This document shows positions 36,191-46,770 of a DNA stretch of 64,000 nucleotides, in pieces; position 1 is the first letter of the stretch, and every line of letters starts with the position of its first letter. The position numbers and the translations under genes are program-made. The notes beneath the pieces were generated by a model. It was given only the letters and a program-made list of their open reading frames with translations. It was not told the DNA's origin and did not search any database. The DNA is from Longimicrobiales bacterium (GTDB lineage Bacteria; Gemmatimonadota; Gemmatimonadetes; Longimicrobiales; Gaopeijiaceae), in NCBI GenBank assembly GCA_965198065.1, contig CBDAON010000004.1:2272001-2336000 (forward strand), in the 5' to 3' direction.

Positions 36191-37441
36191 GTGAAAGCCC
36201 TCTCCTGGTTTCTCGCCCGACGGTACCTGGCTTCCCGTAAGAAGGGCCGGCTCCTCTCGTTCATCACGTGGATCGCCCTGGGCGGGATCACCGTCGGGGT
36301 CACGGCCCTCATCGTAGTCCTCGCGGTCATGAACGGCGCCCAGGAGGAGCTCTACGACAAGATCCTGGGGTCCACGCCCCATGTGATCGTGCTCGAGCGG
36401 GGACCCTCCCTCCGGATGAACGGCTGGCAGGAGGTGGCCGAGCGCGTCAGAGCGATCCCTCGGGTGGAGGCCGTTGCGCCCTTCGCCCTCTCCAACGTGA
36501 TCGTGGCCCGCGGAGACGAGTACGTGCAGGCCGCAGACCTCTACGGCGTGGCCCTGGACACGGACCAGGAACAGGCCGTGACCCGGATGGAAGCCGATAT
36601 CTCCCGGGGGATCCTCGACCTGGGTCCGACCCGGTCGGGAGCGCCGCCCCTGGTCGCCGGGGCCCGTTTGGCGGAGCGGATGGCGCTCTTCCCCGGGGAC
36701 AGCGTCCTCGTGTACTCGCTCGAGCACCTGGGCACGAACCCCATGGGCTATCCGCAGCTGCGCATGCGGGAGTTCGAGGTCACGGGGACGTTCGAGACCG
36801 GGATGTACGACTACGACATTGGAAACCTCTACGGCTCCCTCGAGTGGGTTCAGTCGCTCCTCGGAATGGGAGCGGATGAGGTTTCCGGGCTCGGGGTCCG
36901 GATCGAGGACCCGTGGGCCGCGAGCGAGGTCGCCCGCGAGATGCAGGAGGCGCTCGGCTTCCCGTATTTTGCGGAGAGCTGGATCACCACGAACCAGACG
37001 CTCTTTTCGGCGCTCGAGCTCGAGAAGCTGGCGATGGCGGTGATCCTGTTCCTGATCGTGATCGTTGCCGCCTTCAATATCGTGAGCACCCTCGTGATGG
37101 TCGTCGTGGATCGGACCTCCGAGATCGGGATCCTCAAGTCCATGGGCATGACGGACGGACAGGTATTGAAGGTCTTCCTCCTCCAGGGGATGGCGATCGG
37201 CGTGCTCGGCACCATGCTCGGGTCGGGAATCGGCCTGTTCCTCACGTGGATCCTCCTCCGCTTCGAGATCATCGAAATCCCACCCGACGTGTACTTCATC
37301 GAGCGCCTTCCCGTGTCGGTGAATCCCGTGGACGTCCTGGTGATCGTAGGGGGGAGCTTCCTCATCTCCCTCCTGGCCACGATCTACCCGGCGCTCCAGG
37401 CCTCCCGCCTCCTGCCGGTGGAGGCGATCCGTCGTGAGTGA
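36191..37441 (+). CDS. Lipoprotein-releasing ABC permease LolC/E
   Basis: LARRYL...GVTALIVVLAVMNG, AAFNIVSTL, EIGILKSMG, ATIYPA. Confidence 0.9.
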   Translation: MKALSWFLARRYLASRKKGRLLSFITWIALGGITVGVTALIVVLAVMNGAQEELYDKILGSTPHVIVLERGPSLRMNGWQEVAERVRAIPRVEAVAPFALSNVIVARGDEYVQAADLYGVALDTDQEQAVTRMEADISRGILDLGPTRSGAPPLVAGARLAERMALFPGDSVLVYSLEHLGTNPMGYPQLRMREFEVTGTFETGMYDYDIGNLYGSLEWVQSLLGMGADEVSGLGVRIEDPWAASEVAREMQEALGFPYFAESWITTNQTLFSALELEKLAMAVILFLIVIVAAFNIVSTLVMVVVDRTSEIGILKSMGMTDGQVLKVFLLQGMAIGVLGTMLGSGIGLFLTWILLRFEIIEIPPDVYFIERLPVSVNPVDVLVIVGGSFLISLLATIYPALQASRLLPVEAIRRE

Positions 37442-38174
37442 CGTGGAACCGATCCGTGGAGCGCCAGAGGCGGGGGGCGAGGCGGGAAATGGAACGCCGA
37501 TCCCTGTCCGTGCGTTAGGGGTCCGGAGGAACTACCGGTTGGGCGACGGGAGCGAACTGGAGGTCCTCCGGGGGGTAGACCTACGCGTTTCGGAAGCGGA
37601 GACCGTCGCCGTTGTGGGAACCAGCGGGGCGGGGAAGTCTACGCTTCTCCACCTGCTCGGGGCGCTGGATGTCCCGACGGCGGGCGAGATTGAGCTCGGT
37701 GGGGAGGCGCTCGCCGGCCTCTCCTCCGTCGAGCTCGCGCGGTTGCGGAATCGCTATGTCGGATTCGTGTTCCAGTTCCACCACCTCCTACGTGAGTTCT
37801 CCGCGCTCGAGAACGTCATGATGCCACGCCTAATCTCGGGGGCCTCGCCGGCCGGCGCTGAGGAGCGCGCGCTAGATCTGCTCCGGGCGGTGGGGCTCGG
37901 CGACCGGCTGGGTCACCGCCCCTGGCAGCTGTCGGGGGGGGAGCAGCAGCGGGTCGCGGTGGCTCGGGCCCTCGCGGCCGAGCCCCGCGTTCTCCTCGCG
38001 GACGAGCCGTCCGGAAACCTCGATTCGCGGACGAGCGAAGGCCTCCACGAGGTGCTCTTCCGGCTCCAGGACGAGCGCCGGATCGCCCTCGTTCTGGTGA
38101 CCCACAACCGCGAGCTCGCTGCCCGTGCCGACCGGACCCTGCACCTCCACGACGGAGTACTGTCCGAGGAATGA
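37434..38174 (+). CDS. lolD: Lipoprotein-releasing ABC ATPase
   Basis: GTSGAGKS, GFVFQFHHLL, LSGGEQQR, ADEP.GNLD. Confidence 0.88.
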   Translation: MSDVEPIRGAPEAGGEAGNGTPIPVRALGVRRNYRLGDGSELEVLRGVDLRVSEAETVAVVGTSGAGKSTLLHLLGALDVPTAGEIELGGEALAGLSSVELARLRNRYVGFVFQFHHLLREFSALENVMMPRLISGASPAGAEERALDLLRAVGLGDRLGHRPWQLSGGEQQRVAVARALAAEPRVLLADEPSGNLDSRTSEGLHEVLFRLQDERRIALVLVTHNRELAARADRTLHLHDGVLSEE

Positions 38175-38254
38175 TCGAGGGATGCTCAGCGGGAGCGCGG
38201 TGCGACACGGGCCGCGCCCTTCGTGCCCGGCATCCCTGAGGCCGGGGAGGAGAG

Positions 38255-38752
38255 ATGACGTGCCATAGCTGCGGGTCGGAGAAGGCAGTCGTTCATCTGA
38301 CCCAGATCGTGGACAACGAGATGCGCACACTTCACCTCTGTGAGCGATGCGCCGTCGAGAAGGGGCTCGAGACCTCGACGGTCCCGGAGAACTTTCCGCT
38401 GACCGACCTCCTGGCCCAGATCGACCGTGAGGAGCGCGCGACGGCCACCGAGGCGTCGGCGCCCGAGTGCGCGTTTTGTGGGCTGACGCTCCAGAGCTTC
38501 AAGGAAGTCGGTAGGCTCGGCTGCCCGCACTGCTGGTCCACGTTCGAGGGGCAGCTCCGGGGCCTGGCCCGAAGGATTCACGGCGGATCCCAGCACGTGG
38601 GGAAGGTCTACCTCTCGGCCGATCCGAGCGTCTCGGAGCGCGAGAAGCGAGTCGAGGCCCTGAGAAGAAAGCTCCTCCGCGCCGTGGAGCTCGAGGACTT
38701 CGAGCGGGCTGTCGAGATTCGGGACGAGATCCGGGACATGGAGCCGGCCTGA
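38255..38752 (+). CDS. mcsA: McsA (UVR-domain activator of McsB)
   Basis: Four CxxC motifs, GRLGCPHC, H.GK, and UVR motif EDFERAVEIRDEI. Confidence 0.9.
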   Translation: MTCHSCGSEKAVVHLTQIVDNEMRTLHLCERCAVEKGLETSTVPENFPLTDLLAQIDREERATATEASAPECAFCGLTLQSFKEVGRLGCPHCWSTFEGQLRGLARRIHGGSQHVGKVYLSADPSVSEREKRVEALRRKLLRAVELEDFERAVEIRDEIRDMEPA

Positions 38753-38828
38753 CCGTGCGCCGAGCCGGCCCGACCGTATCCCCGGCAGATCGCGCCCACG
38801 GCGACCCGCGCCGCGACCCCGACCGCCG

Positions 38829-39959
38829 ATGAACGGAAGCCTTCCCTTCGACGAGTTCGGCCTCGGCTGGCTGGATGCACGTGGGGAGCATCCCGACATC
38901 GTCTTGTCCACCCGGGTTCGGCTCGCCCGGAATCTCCAGGGGTTCGCCTTCGGACCCAGAGCGCGGGTGAACGACCGCACGGCTGTGCTCGAGCGCGTGA
39001 CGGCCGCGTGCGAGCGCGTGCCGCTCCTCCAGGGGGGACACGTGCAGGAACTCTCGGCCCTGAACCCCAGGGGGCGACGCCTCCTCCTCGAGCGGCGACT
39101 CGCGTCGAGAGACCTGGTCGAGGAGAACGGGTCATCGGTGCCCAAGGGGACGGCGGTCGTGGTCACGCCCGGGCGGCCCCTTTCCGTGATGGTGAATGAG
39201 GAAGACCACCTGCGCCTACAGACGCTGTTCTCGGGTCTCCGGCTCCGCGAGGCGTGGGACCTTCTGGACGATCTGGACGACGAGCTGGGGCGCGAGGTGC
39301 CATTCGCGTACCACCCCGAGTTCGGATTCCTTACCAGCTGCCCCACAAACGTCGGGACGGGGCTCCGTGCCTCGGTCCTGATGCACCTTCCCGCGCTGGT
39401 CTTGACGAAGGAGATCGGAAAGGTGCTCCAGGGCCTCGGCCAGGTGGGTCTCACATTCCGGGGGCTCTACGGCGAGGGGTCCGAGGTGGTGGGCAACTTC
39501 TTCCAGGTCTCCAACCAGACCACGCTGGGCAAGAGCGAGGACGACCTGGTCGACCACCTGGATCGGATCGTCCGGCAGGTGATTCAGTACGAGACCCAGG
39601 CGCGCCAGGTGCTCCTCCGGGACGCGGGGGCCGTGACAGAGGACAAGATTTGGCGGGCCTACGGTTTACTCCGTTACGCCCGGTCCCTATCCTTCGAGGA
39701 GCTCATGAACTTGCTGAGCGGCGTGCGCCTTGGAGCGAGCCTGAAACTACTCCCGGGCCTCCGTGTATATTCGCTCAACAAGATCGTGATCTTCACCCAA
39801 TCGGCCCATCTGGAAGAAGCGGCTGGCCGAGACCTCTCCCCGGCGGAGAGCGACATCCACCGAGCGTCCTTCGTGAGGCGAGTTCTCGCCGCCGAAGGCG
39901 CGGTGTCCACGGATGACGAGGCGTCTGAGGGGGACGCCCCCCCGGGCGAACCCGGATGA
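38829..39959 (+). CDS. mcsB: Protein arginine kinase McsB
   Basis: STRVRLARN, NEEDHLR, TSCPTNVGTG, FQVSNQ.TLG. Confidence 0.93.
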   Translation: MNGSLPFDEFGLGWLDARGEHPDIVLSTRVRLARNLQGFAFGPRARVNDRTAVLERVTAACERVPLLQGGHVQELSALNPRGRRLLLERRLASRDLVEENGSSVPKGTAVVVTPGRPLSVMVNEEDHLRLQTLFSGLRLREAWDLLDDLDDELGREVPFAYHPEFGFLTSCPTNVGTGLRASVLMHLPALVLTKEIGKVLQGLGQVGLTFRGLYGEGSEVVGNFFQVSNQTTLGKSEDDLVDHLDRIVRQVIQYETQARQVLLRDAGAVTEDKIWRAYGLLRYARSLSFEELMNLLSGVRLGASLKLLPGLRVYSLNKIVIFTQSAHLEEAAGRDLSPAESDIHRASFVRRVLAAEGAVSTDDEASEGDAPPGEPG

Positions 39960-39990
39960 CGCCCGAGCCCGATCCTTCTCGAGGGCCGAA

Positions 39991-42489
39991 ATGAACTACA
40001 ACTTCACGGATCGCGTCCGCAAAGTGCTTGCGATGGCCCGGGACGAGGCCATCCGTCTCCAGCACGACTACGTCGGGACCGAGCACGTCCTGCTCGGCCT
40101 GATCCGGGAGGGCGAGGGGGTCGCGGCGGCGGTGCTCACGAACCTGAGCGCGGATCTCGACCAGGTGCACGAGCGCATCGAGGAGGCGATCAAGAAGGGG
40201 AAGGCGACGATCGCTCTGGGGGAGCTTCCCTATACGTCCCGAGCCAAGAAGGTCCTCGAGTTCGCGATGGCCGAAGCCCGGGAGATGAGCCACTCCTACG
40301 TCGGTACCGAGCACCTGCTGCTGGGGCTCCTCCGCGAGGAGAAGGGCGTGGCGGCCCAGGTGCTGGGCTCCCTCGGGATCTCGCTGGAGGATGCCCGAGC
40401 CGAGACGCTCAAGGTCCTGGGCTCCGAGATGAGCGGGGGAGGGGGCCCCTCCGAGCCGGCCGGCATCGGGGGCGGTGGCTCCCCCACCCCCGGAGGCGGC
40501 GCAAAGGGGGAGAAGAAGTCCAAGACTCCCGCGCTGGACCACTTCTGCCGGGACCTGACCGATCTCGCTCATCAGGGCAAGCTGGATCCCACCATCGGGC
40601 GGACGACCGAGATCGAGCGCGTGATCGAGATCCTCTGCCGCCGGAAGAAGAACAACCCTGTCCTGATCGGGGAGCCTGGCGTGGGGAAGACCGCGATCGT
40701 CGAGGGACTTGCCCAGCTCATCGCCCGGAGCGAGGTGACCGAGGCGTTGAAGGACCACCGCGTGCTCGCGCTCGACATGGCGGCCGTGATCGCGGGGACG
40801 AAGTACCGCGGTCAGTTCGAGGAGCGGCTCAAGGCCGTCATGAACGAGATCTCCCAAAACAAGAACGTCGTGCTCTTCATCGACGAGCTTCACACGCTCG
40901 TCGGCGCGGGAGCGGCGGAGGGCGCGATCGACGCCTCGAACATGCTGAAGCCGGCCCTCGCCAGGGGTGAGCTCCAATGCATCGGGGCCTCGACCCTGAA
41001 CGAGTACCGGAAGTACATCGAGAAGGATGGGGCGCTGGAGCGCCGATTCCAGCCGGTCATCGTCGATCCGCCCGCGGTCGAGGAAACGCTCGAGATCCTG
41101 AAGGGGCTCCGCGCCCACTACGAGGACCACCACCGGGTGGTGATTCCGGACGACGCGCTGAACACGGCCTCCCGTCTCTCGGATCGCTACATCACGGACC
41201 GGTTCCTTCCGGACAAGGCGATCGACGTGATCGACGAGGCCGGGGCCAGGGCCCGGATCGCGGCCCAGGTACCACCACCCGACATGGAGGAGATGAAGGA
41301 CGAGCTAGGTCGGATCGGGGAGCGGAAGGAGTCAGCGATCCGTGACCAGGACTTCGAGCGGGCCGCTGAGCTCCGGGATGAGGAGCGGGAGGTTCAGCAT
41401 CGGATCAAGGTCCGCCAGGACGAGTGGGAGGCCGAGCGCCGCGAGAACCGTCCCGAGATCTCCACGGAAGACGTAGCCTTCATCGTCTCGCGATGGACCG
41501 GGATTCCGGTCATGCGCTTCCAACAGGCCGAGACCGACCGCCTCGTGAACATGGAGGCGGAGCTCCACAAGCGCGTGGTCGGGCAGGACGATGCCATTGC
41601 CTCGATCTCCCGGGCGATCCGGCGAAGCCGCGCGGGGCTCAAGGATCCACGGCGGCCGATCGGCTCGTTCATCTTCTCCGGACCGACCGGCGTCGGGAAG
41701 ACGGAGCTCGCCCGCGCCCTCGCGGAATTCCTCTTCGCGGATCGGGACGCGCTCATCCGTGTGGACATGAGCGAGTACATGGAGAAGTTCTCCGTCTCGA
41801 GGCTCATCGGGGCGCCGCCGGGATACGTCGGATACGAGGACTCGGGAGCGCTCACGAAGGCGGTCCGACGGCGCCCGTACTCCGTGGTGCTCCTGGACGA
41901 GATCGAGAAGGCGCATCCGGACGTGTTCAACATCCTCCTCCAGGTCCTGGACGAGGGGCATCTGACGGACAACTACGGTCGGATGATCGACTTCAAGAAC
42001 ACCGTCCTGATCATGACGTCGAACCTGGGTGCGCGGGACATCACCAAGGGGGCCGGCGTCGGATTCCACACCAAGGATCCTCTGTCCAACTACGAGGTGA
42101 TGCGCGACAAGGTCCGGGAAGAGATCGAGCGGGCGTTCAACCCCGAGTTCCTGAACCGGATCGACGACACGATCGTGTTCCATCCGCTTACCCGTGAAGA
42201 GATCGGACAAGTCGTTCATATCCTCCTGTCCGACGTGGAGGGGCGGCTGCGCGAGGAGGAGCTCACGCTCAAGGTGACGGACGCGGCCGTGGACTTCCTG
42301 GTGGACAAGGGATACGACCAGAAGTTCGGAGCGCGGCCACTTCGCCGCGCGATTCAGAGGTACCTCGAGGATCCGCTCTCCGAGAAGATCCTCGTCTCCC
42401 ACTTCGGAGCGGGAGCCGAGATCGAGGTGGATGTGGACCCCGATGGGGGCCGCCTCTTGCTTCGCGAAGCTTCCGCAACCAAGACCTGA
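39991..42489 (+). CDS. clpC: Clp protease ATPase ClpC
   Basis: Two Clp-N repeats, two Walker A motifs ([16 protein letters not shown]), UVR middle domain, VGF ClpP loop. Confidence 0.95.
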   Translation: MNYNFTDRVRKVLAMARDEAIRLQHDYVGTEHVLLGLIREGEGVAAAVLTNLSADLDQVHERIEEAIKKGKATIALGELPYTSRAKKVLEFAMAEAREMSHSYVGTEHLLLGLLREEKGVAAQVLGSLGISLEDARAETLKVLGSEMSGGGGPSEPAGIGGGGSPTPGGGAKGEKKSKTPALDHFCRDLTDLAHQGKLDPTIGRTTEIERVIEILCRRKKNNPVLIGEPGVGKTAIVEGLAQLIARSEVTEALKDHRVLALDMAAVIAGTKYRGQFEERLKAVMNEISQNKNVVLFIDELHTLVGAGAAEGAIDASNMLKPALARGELQCIGASTLNEYRKYIEKDGALERRFQPVIVDPPAVEETLEILKGLRAHYEDHHRVVIPDDALNTASRLSDRYITDRFLPDKAIDVIDEAGARARIAAQVPPPDMEEMKDELGRIGERKESAIRDQDFERAAELRDEEREVQHRIKVRQDEWEAERRENRPEISTEDVAFIVSRWTGIPVMRFQQAETDRLVNMEAELHKRVVGQDDAIASISRAIRRSRAGLKDPRRPIGSFIFSGPTGVGKTELARALAEFLFADRDALIRVDMSEYMEKFSVSRLIGAPPGYVGYEDSGALTKAVRRRPYSVVLLDEIEKAHPDVFNILLQVLDEGHLTDNYGRMIDFKNTVLIMTSNLGARDITKGAGVGFHTKDPLSNYEVMRDKVREEIERAFNPEFLNRIDDTIVFHPLTREEIGQVVHILLSDVEGRLREEELTLKVTDAAVDFLVDKGYDQKFGARPLRRAIQRYLEDPLSEKILVSHFGAGAEIEVDVDPDGGRLLLREASATKT

Positions 42490-42493
42490 CGAG

Positions 42494-44965
42494 ATGCGCT
42501 CCGTCTGTTCGCTGCAGGGCGCACCCTGGTCCACGTGGGCCCCAAGGCCGTCCTTCGCCGTGCTCGCGATGGTCCTCGGCCTAGCCCTGCCGGGCGGGGT
42601 CCGCGCCCAGATACCCGACACGCCGCTCGGACCGGCCGGTGCCATGATCGATTCGGTGGTCGTGATCGGCAGCGAGAGCTTCGTCCCGGGCGTCCTTCTC
42701 GGCACGATCGGGATCGTCGAAGGAGAGCCGGCGACGTACCAGGACGTCCGGGAGGCGGAACGGCGCCTCTGGTCCACGGGCCGCTTCAGCGACGTGGAAG
42801 TCACGGTCGAGGGAACTGAGCCGGGGCCCATCGTCCTGGTCTTCCGAGTGGAGGAGCAGCCGATCGTGCGCGGCCTCGCGATCGAAGGGCTCTCCCGCGT
42901 GAGCGAGCAGGACGTGTGGGAGGCGGGAGGCGTGCTCGTGGGGCAGGCGTATTCCCCGAGGGGGGTCGCCGAGTCCGAGAAGTACGTCCTTGACACCCTG
43001 GGACAGCGCGGGATTCCATTCGCCGAGGTGACGGAGCAACGAGAGCCGTTGGAGGGCGGCGGGGTGTTCCTGACGCTCGTGGTGCGGGAGGGTCAGCGCG
43101 TGGAGCTCGCCGACGTCGTCTTCAACGGCAACGACGCGTTCACGGACGAAGAGCTCAGGAGCATCCTGTCCACGAAGGAGGAAGGCTTCTTCTGGTGGCG
43201 CACCGGCGCCTTGAACCAGGAGACGCTGGACACCGATCTCTTCGACGAGCTCCCGAACTTCTACGGCGCGCGTGCGCACCTCGACTTCGGCGTGCTGGGA
43301 GACACGCTCGTCATCGACCCGGAGACCGGGAAAGCCCGGCTCGAGGTGGATGTGTTCGAGGGCGAGCCCTTCCGAGTCGCGAGCTTCACCGTGACCGGGA
43401 ACCGCCGCTTCCCTGCGGACGAGCTCGAGCAGTACTACATCCAGGAGGAGGGGGGCCTGCTCAGCTCGCTGGGGCTACAGGCTGGGCCGGACGTCGACGA
43501 GTTGGGGGCCCGGCTCTTCGACCAGAGCGCCTTTCAGGAGGCCACCGCCGCGGTCTCGACCCTCTACCAGAACTCGGGCTACCTGTACGCGACCGTGACG
43601 CCGGGGCTCGAGCGCCTCCCGCCGGCCGTGGAAGGCGGCTCGCCTCTGGTCGAGCTCACGTGGACCATCGAGGAGGGACAGCCGGCCTACATCCGATTCG
43701 TTCGGATCGAAGGGAACGAGTACACCCACGACAGGGTGATCCGGGAACGGATCGTTCTCCTTCCGGGCGACCTCTACTCGGAAAGTCTGCTGCTCCGAAG
43801 CTATCAGGCCGTTCAGGGGCTCGGCTTCTTCGAGACCCCGATGCCGCTTCCGCGCCTGGAGCCGGACCCGGCCACGGGCGACCTCGACATCGTGTTCGAG
43901 GTGGTCGAGCGGCAGACCGGCTCCGTCAACTTCGGGACCACGATGGGCGGGTACACCGGGCTGTCGGGCTTCGTCGGATACGATGAGCCGAACCTGTTTG
44001 GGCAAGCCAAGTCCGGAAGCATCCGGTGGGACTTCGGACGCTTCCAGAACAGCTTCACCATGACCTACAGCGACCCGGCTCTGTTCCTGTCCAGGGTCAG
44101 CGGGACGCTCTCGCTCTTCAACTCTCGCGATCGGTTCTTCTCGTTCACCAGCGGCGACCGCCGGCAGCGGGGCGGCTCCGTGCGCCTCGGCTTCCCGGTG
44201 CCCGGATCGTTCTTCACGCGATTCTACGTCGGATACTCCCTGTCCAGGACCGAGTACCACCTTCGAGGTAGCGGCGATGACAGTTCGCTCTTCGGCCGTC
44301 CTCCGGGAACGCAGAGCCAGGTGAGTGTGGGCCTCGCACGCCAGACCCTCGATCATCCCCTCTTCCCGACGGTCGGATCCAGCCAGAGCTGGACCTCGGA
44401 GTTCAACGGGGGAATCCTCGGAGGAGACGGCCAGTTCTCGCTCCACCGCTTGCAGGGGAGCTGGTGGGTCCCTGTGGGGCAGCTGGGGGGTGGCGCTCCA
44501 GGCTCACGTCCCATCGTTTTGGCGCTCGGGTTCCGGGCCAACCTCGGGGCCATCTTCGGGAACGCCGAGGCGTTCCCGTTCGAGCGCTTCTGGATGGGCG
44601 GCGTTCAGTTCGGCGAGCGCCTGAGGGGGTACGAGGAGACGACGATCACGCCCGTGGGCTACGTTGCTCGCGATTCCGGCAGCGTGCAGGAGGCCCAACG
44701 ACTCGGTGACGCGTTCCTCCTGGTGGGCGCTGATTACGCGATCCGCTTGTCGGACGCGATCTCGGCCTCGGCGTTCTTCGAGGCCGGCAACGTGTGGCGG
44801 GACCCGAGGGAGATCAACGTCTCCCGCCTGCGACGTGGCGCGGGGATCGGGGTGGAGCTGGTGACGCCGTTCGGCCCGCTCGGACTGGACTTTGCGTACG
44901 GATTCGACCGGACGGATCCGGGCTGGGAGCTGCACTTCCGGATGGGCAGCCAGGGACCCTTCTAA
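42494..44965 (+). CDS. bamA: Outer membrane protein assembly factor BamA
   Basis: POTRA repeats, LRGY, TPFGPLGLDFAYG, terminal Phe. Upstream of skp and lpxD. Confidence 0.92.
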   Translation: MRSVCSLQGAPWSTWAPRPSFAVLAMVLGLALPGGVRAQIPDTPLGPAGAMIDSVVVIGSESFVPGVLLGTIGIVEGEPATYQDVREAERRLWSTGRFSDVEVTVEGTEPGPIVLVFRVEEQPIVRGLAIEGLSRVSEQDVWEAGGVLVGQAYSPRGVAESEKYVLDTLGQRGIPFAEVTEQREPLEGGGVFLTLVVREGQRVELADVVFNGNDAFTDEELRSILSTKEEGFFWWRTGALNQETLDTDLFDELPNFYGARAHLDFGVLGDTLVIDPETGKARLEVDVFEGEPFRVASFTVTGNRRFPADELEQYYIQEEGGLLSSLGLQAGPDVDELGARLFDQSAFQEATAAVSTLYQNSGYLYATVTPGLERLPPAVEGGSPLVELTWTIEEGQPAYIRFVRIEGNEYTHDRVIRERIVLLPGDLYSESLLLRSYQAVQGLGFFETPMPLPRLEPDPATGDLDIVFEVVERQTGSVNFGTTMGGYTGLSGFVGYDEPNLFGQAKSGSIRWDFGRFQNSFTMTYSDPALFLSRVSGTLSLFNSRDRFFSFTSGDRRQRGGSVRLGFPVPGSFFTRFYVGYSLSRTEYHLRGSGDDSSLFGRPPGTQSQVSVGLARQTLDHPLFPTVGSSQSWTSEFNGGILGGDGQFSLHRLQGSWWVPVGQLGGGAPGSRPIVLALGFRANLGAIFGNAEAFPFERFWMGGVQFGERLRGYEETTITPVGYVARDSGSVQEAQRLGDAFLLVGADYAIRLSDAISASAFFEAGNVWRDPREINVSRLRRGAGIGVELVTPFGPLGLDFAYGFDRTDPGWELHFRMGSQGPF

Positions 44966-44978
44966 GGGAGCCGGTTTC

Positions 44979-45581
44979 ATGCGAATACTCGGGTGCGTCC
45001 TAGTCGGAGCCACGCTGCTCTCTCCCGGAGGCGGCCTTCGGGCGCAGGATCAGCTTCGCATCGGCTACATCGATTCCCAGGCCATTTTGCTCGAAGCTCC
45101 CGGCGCGGCGGAAGCCCAGGCGGAGTTCGAGCGCCAAATGCAAAGCTGGCAGCGGGAGCTCGAGACAATGACGGCCGAGCTCGATACGTTGGTCGCGCGC
45201 TACCAGCAGCAGCAGGCCGCGCTCCTTGCGAACGTCCGGCAGGCCAGAGAGGCCGAAATCCAGCAGAGGGACCTGCGACTTCAGACACGGATAGGAGAGG
45301 TGGAGCAGGAGGCGGAAGCCACCCGTCAACGCCTCATGGCGCCCATCCTGGAGCAGATCACCCAGGTGCTCGAGACCATGCGAGCCGAAGGCAACTATTC
45401 GTTCATCCTGGATGCCGCCGCTCAGTCGCCGGTCATCGTGGCCGCGGATCCAGCGCTCGATCTGACCGAGGAGGTCGTCCGGCGGCTCCAGCAGGGAACG
45501 GCAGCCCAGGCACCGGCGCAGCCTCCGGCTCAGGGACCGGCCCAGCCTCCGGCTCAGACTCCGGCTTCCGGGGTCCCCTGA
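44979..45581 (+). CDS. skp: Skp/OmpH periplasmic chaperone
   Basis: RIGYID, coiled coil, DLTEEV. AQPP-type repeats at the C-terminus. Confidence 0.85.
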   Translation: MRILGCVLVGATLLSPGGGLRAQDQLRIGYIDSQAILLEAPGAAEAQAEFERQMQSWQRELETMTAELDTLVARYQQQQAALLANVRQAREAEIQQRDLRLQTRIGEVEQEAEATRQRLMAPILEQITQVLETMRAEGNYSFILDAAAQSPVIVAADPALDLTEEVVRRLQQGTAAQAPAQPPAQGPAQPPAQTPASGVP

Positions 45582-45645
45582 CGCGGCCGGCTGCGCCTGA
45601 GGAAACGCTCGTCGAGCACACGGGCGTACGGGCGGGAGGCGGGCG

Positions 45646-46770
45646 ATGAGCACGTTTCCCCTCCGTCGTTCCGCGCCCCTTCCGCATCCCCTCTCCACGC
45701 TTGCTTCGCTTCTCGACCTCCCGCCCCCTGACCGGGACATGGAGCTCAGGGGAGTGGCACCTCTCGGGAGGGCCGGTCCCGAGCAGCTGGGGTTTCTGGC
45801 TCACCGCCGCTACCTGCCCGACCTGACTGCGAGCCGCGCCGGAGCGCTCGTGGTCTCCTCCGACATCGAGAGCCTCATCTCGGCCGATCCACGCCCCCGC
45901 CTGGTGGCCTCGGACGCGCATGCCGCCCTGGTAAGGCTCCTCGAGGCCTTCCATCCCGAGGAGCCCTCGGATCCGGAGGTCCACCCAACCTCCGTCCTCG
46001 GCAAGGGCGCGCGCCTGGGAAGGGACGTTCGGGTCGGTCCGTACGCCGTGATCGAGGCCGACGCCGTGGTGGAAGACGCCGTGGCGATCGGCGCCCACGT
46101 AGTCGTGGGCGCCCGATCCCGTATCGGGAGCGGGTCGATCCTCCACCCCCACGTGGTCCTCTATCCAGGCTCCGTGCTGGGCCGCCGCGTGATCGTCCAC
46201 GCGGGCGCCCGACTGGGAGTGGACGGGTTCGGATACGTCTTCCAGGACGGGGCCCATCGAAAGGTGCCGCAGGTGGGCGGCTGCGTCGTCGAGGACGACG
46301 TGGAGATCGGGGCCAACAGCACGCTCGATCGGGGGTCGATCGGTGAAACGCGGGTGGGCGCCGGGACCAAGCTGGACAACCTCGTCCACCTCGGCCACAA
46401 CGTGGAGGTCGGACCCAAAGTGATCCTGACCGCCCAGGTCGGGGTCGCCGGATCGGCCACGATCGGAGCGGGGGTCCAGGCCGGCGGACAGGCCGGCATC
46501 GGGGGGCACGTGAGCGTTGGGGACGGCGCGAAGGTGGCAGCCAGGACTGGGGCCATCCGCGACGTGGGGCCGGGCGAGGTGGTAATGGGCTTCCCGGCGC
46601 GCCCCCGGGCGGAGTTCCTCCGAGGCCTCGCCGGCTCCGGAAAGGTCGCCGACCTAGTCCGTCGCGTTCGACAGCTCGAGGAACGCCTGGGGAGATCGGC
46701 GACCGAGAGCGTCGAGAACGCAGGCTCGGGGCGCGAGGGAGCCGCGGACGGGGAGCCGGAAGACACATGA
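45646..46770 (+). CDS. lpxD: UDP-3-O-acylglucosamine N-acyltransferase
   Basis: Hexapeptide repeats, DGFGY, KVPQVG, KLDNLVHLGHN. Confidence 0.93.
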   Translation: MSTFPLRRSAPLPHPLSTLASLLDLPPPDRDMELRGVAPLGRAGPEQLGFLAHRRYLPDLTASRAGALVVSSDIESLISADPRPRLVASDAHAALVRLLEAFHPEEPSDPEVHPTSVLGKGARLGRDVRVGPYAVIEADAVVEDAVAIGAHVVVGARSRIGSGSILHPHVVLYPGSVLGRRVIVHAGARLGVDGFGYVFQDGAHRKVPQVGGCVVEDDVEIGANSTLDRGSIGETRVGAGTKLDNLVHLGHNVEVGPKVILTAQVGVAGSATIGAGVQAGGQAGIGGHVSVGDGAKVAARTGAIRDVGPGEVVMGFPARPRAEFLRGLAGSGKVADLVRRVRQLEERLGRSATESVENAGSGREGAADGEPEDT

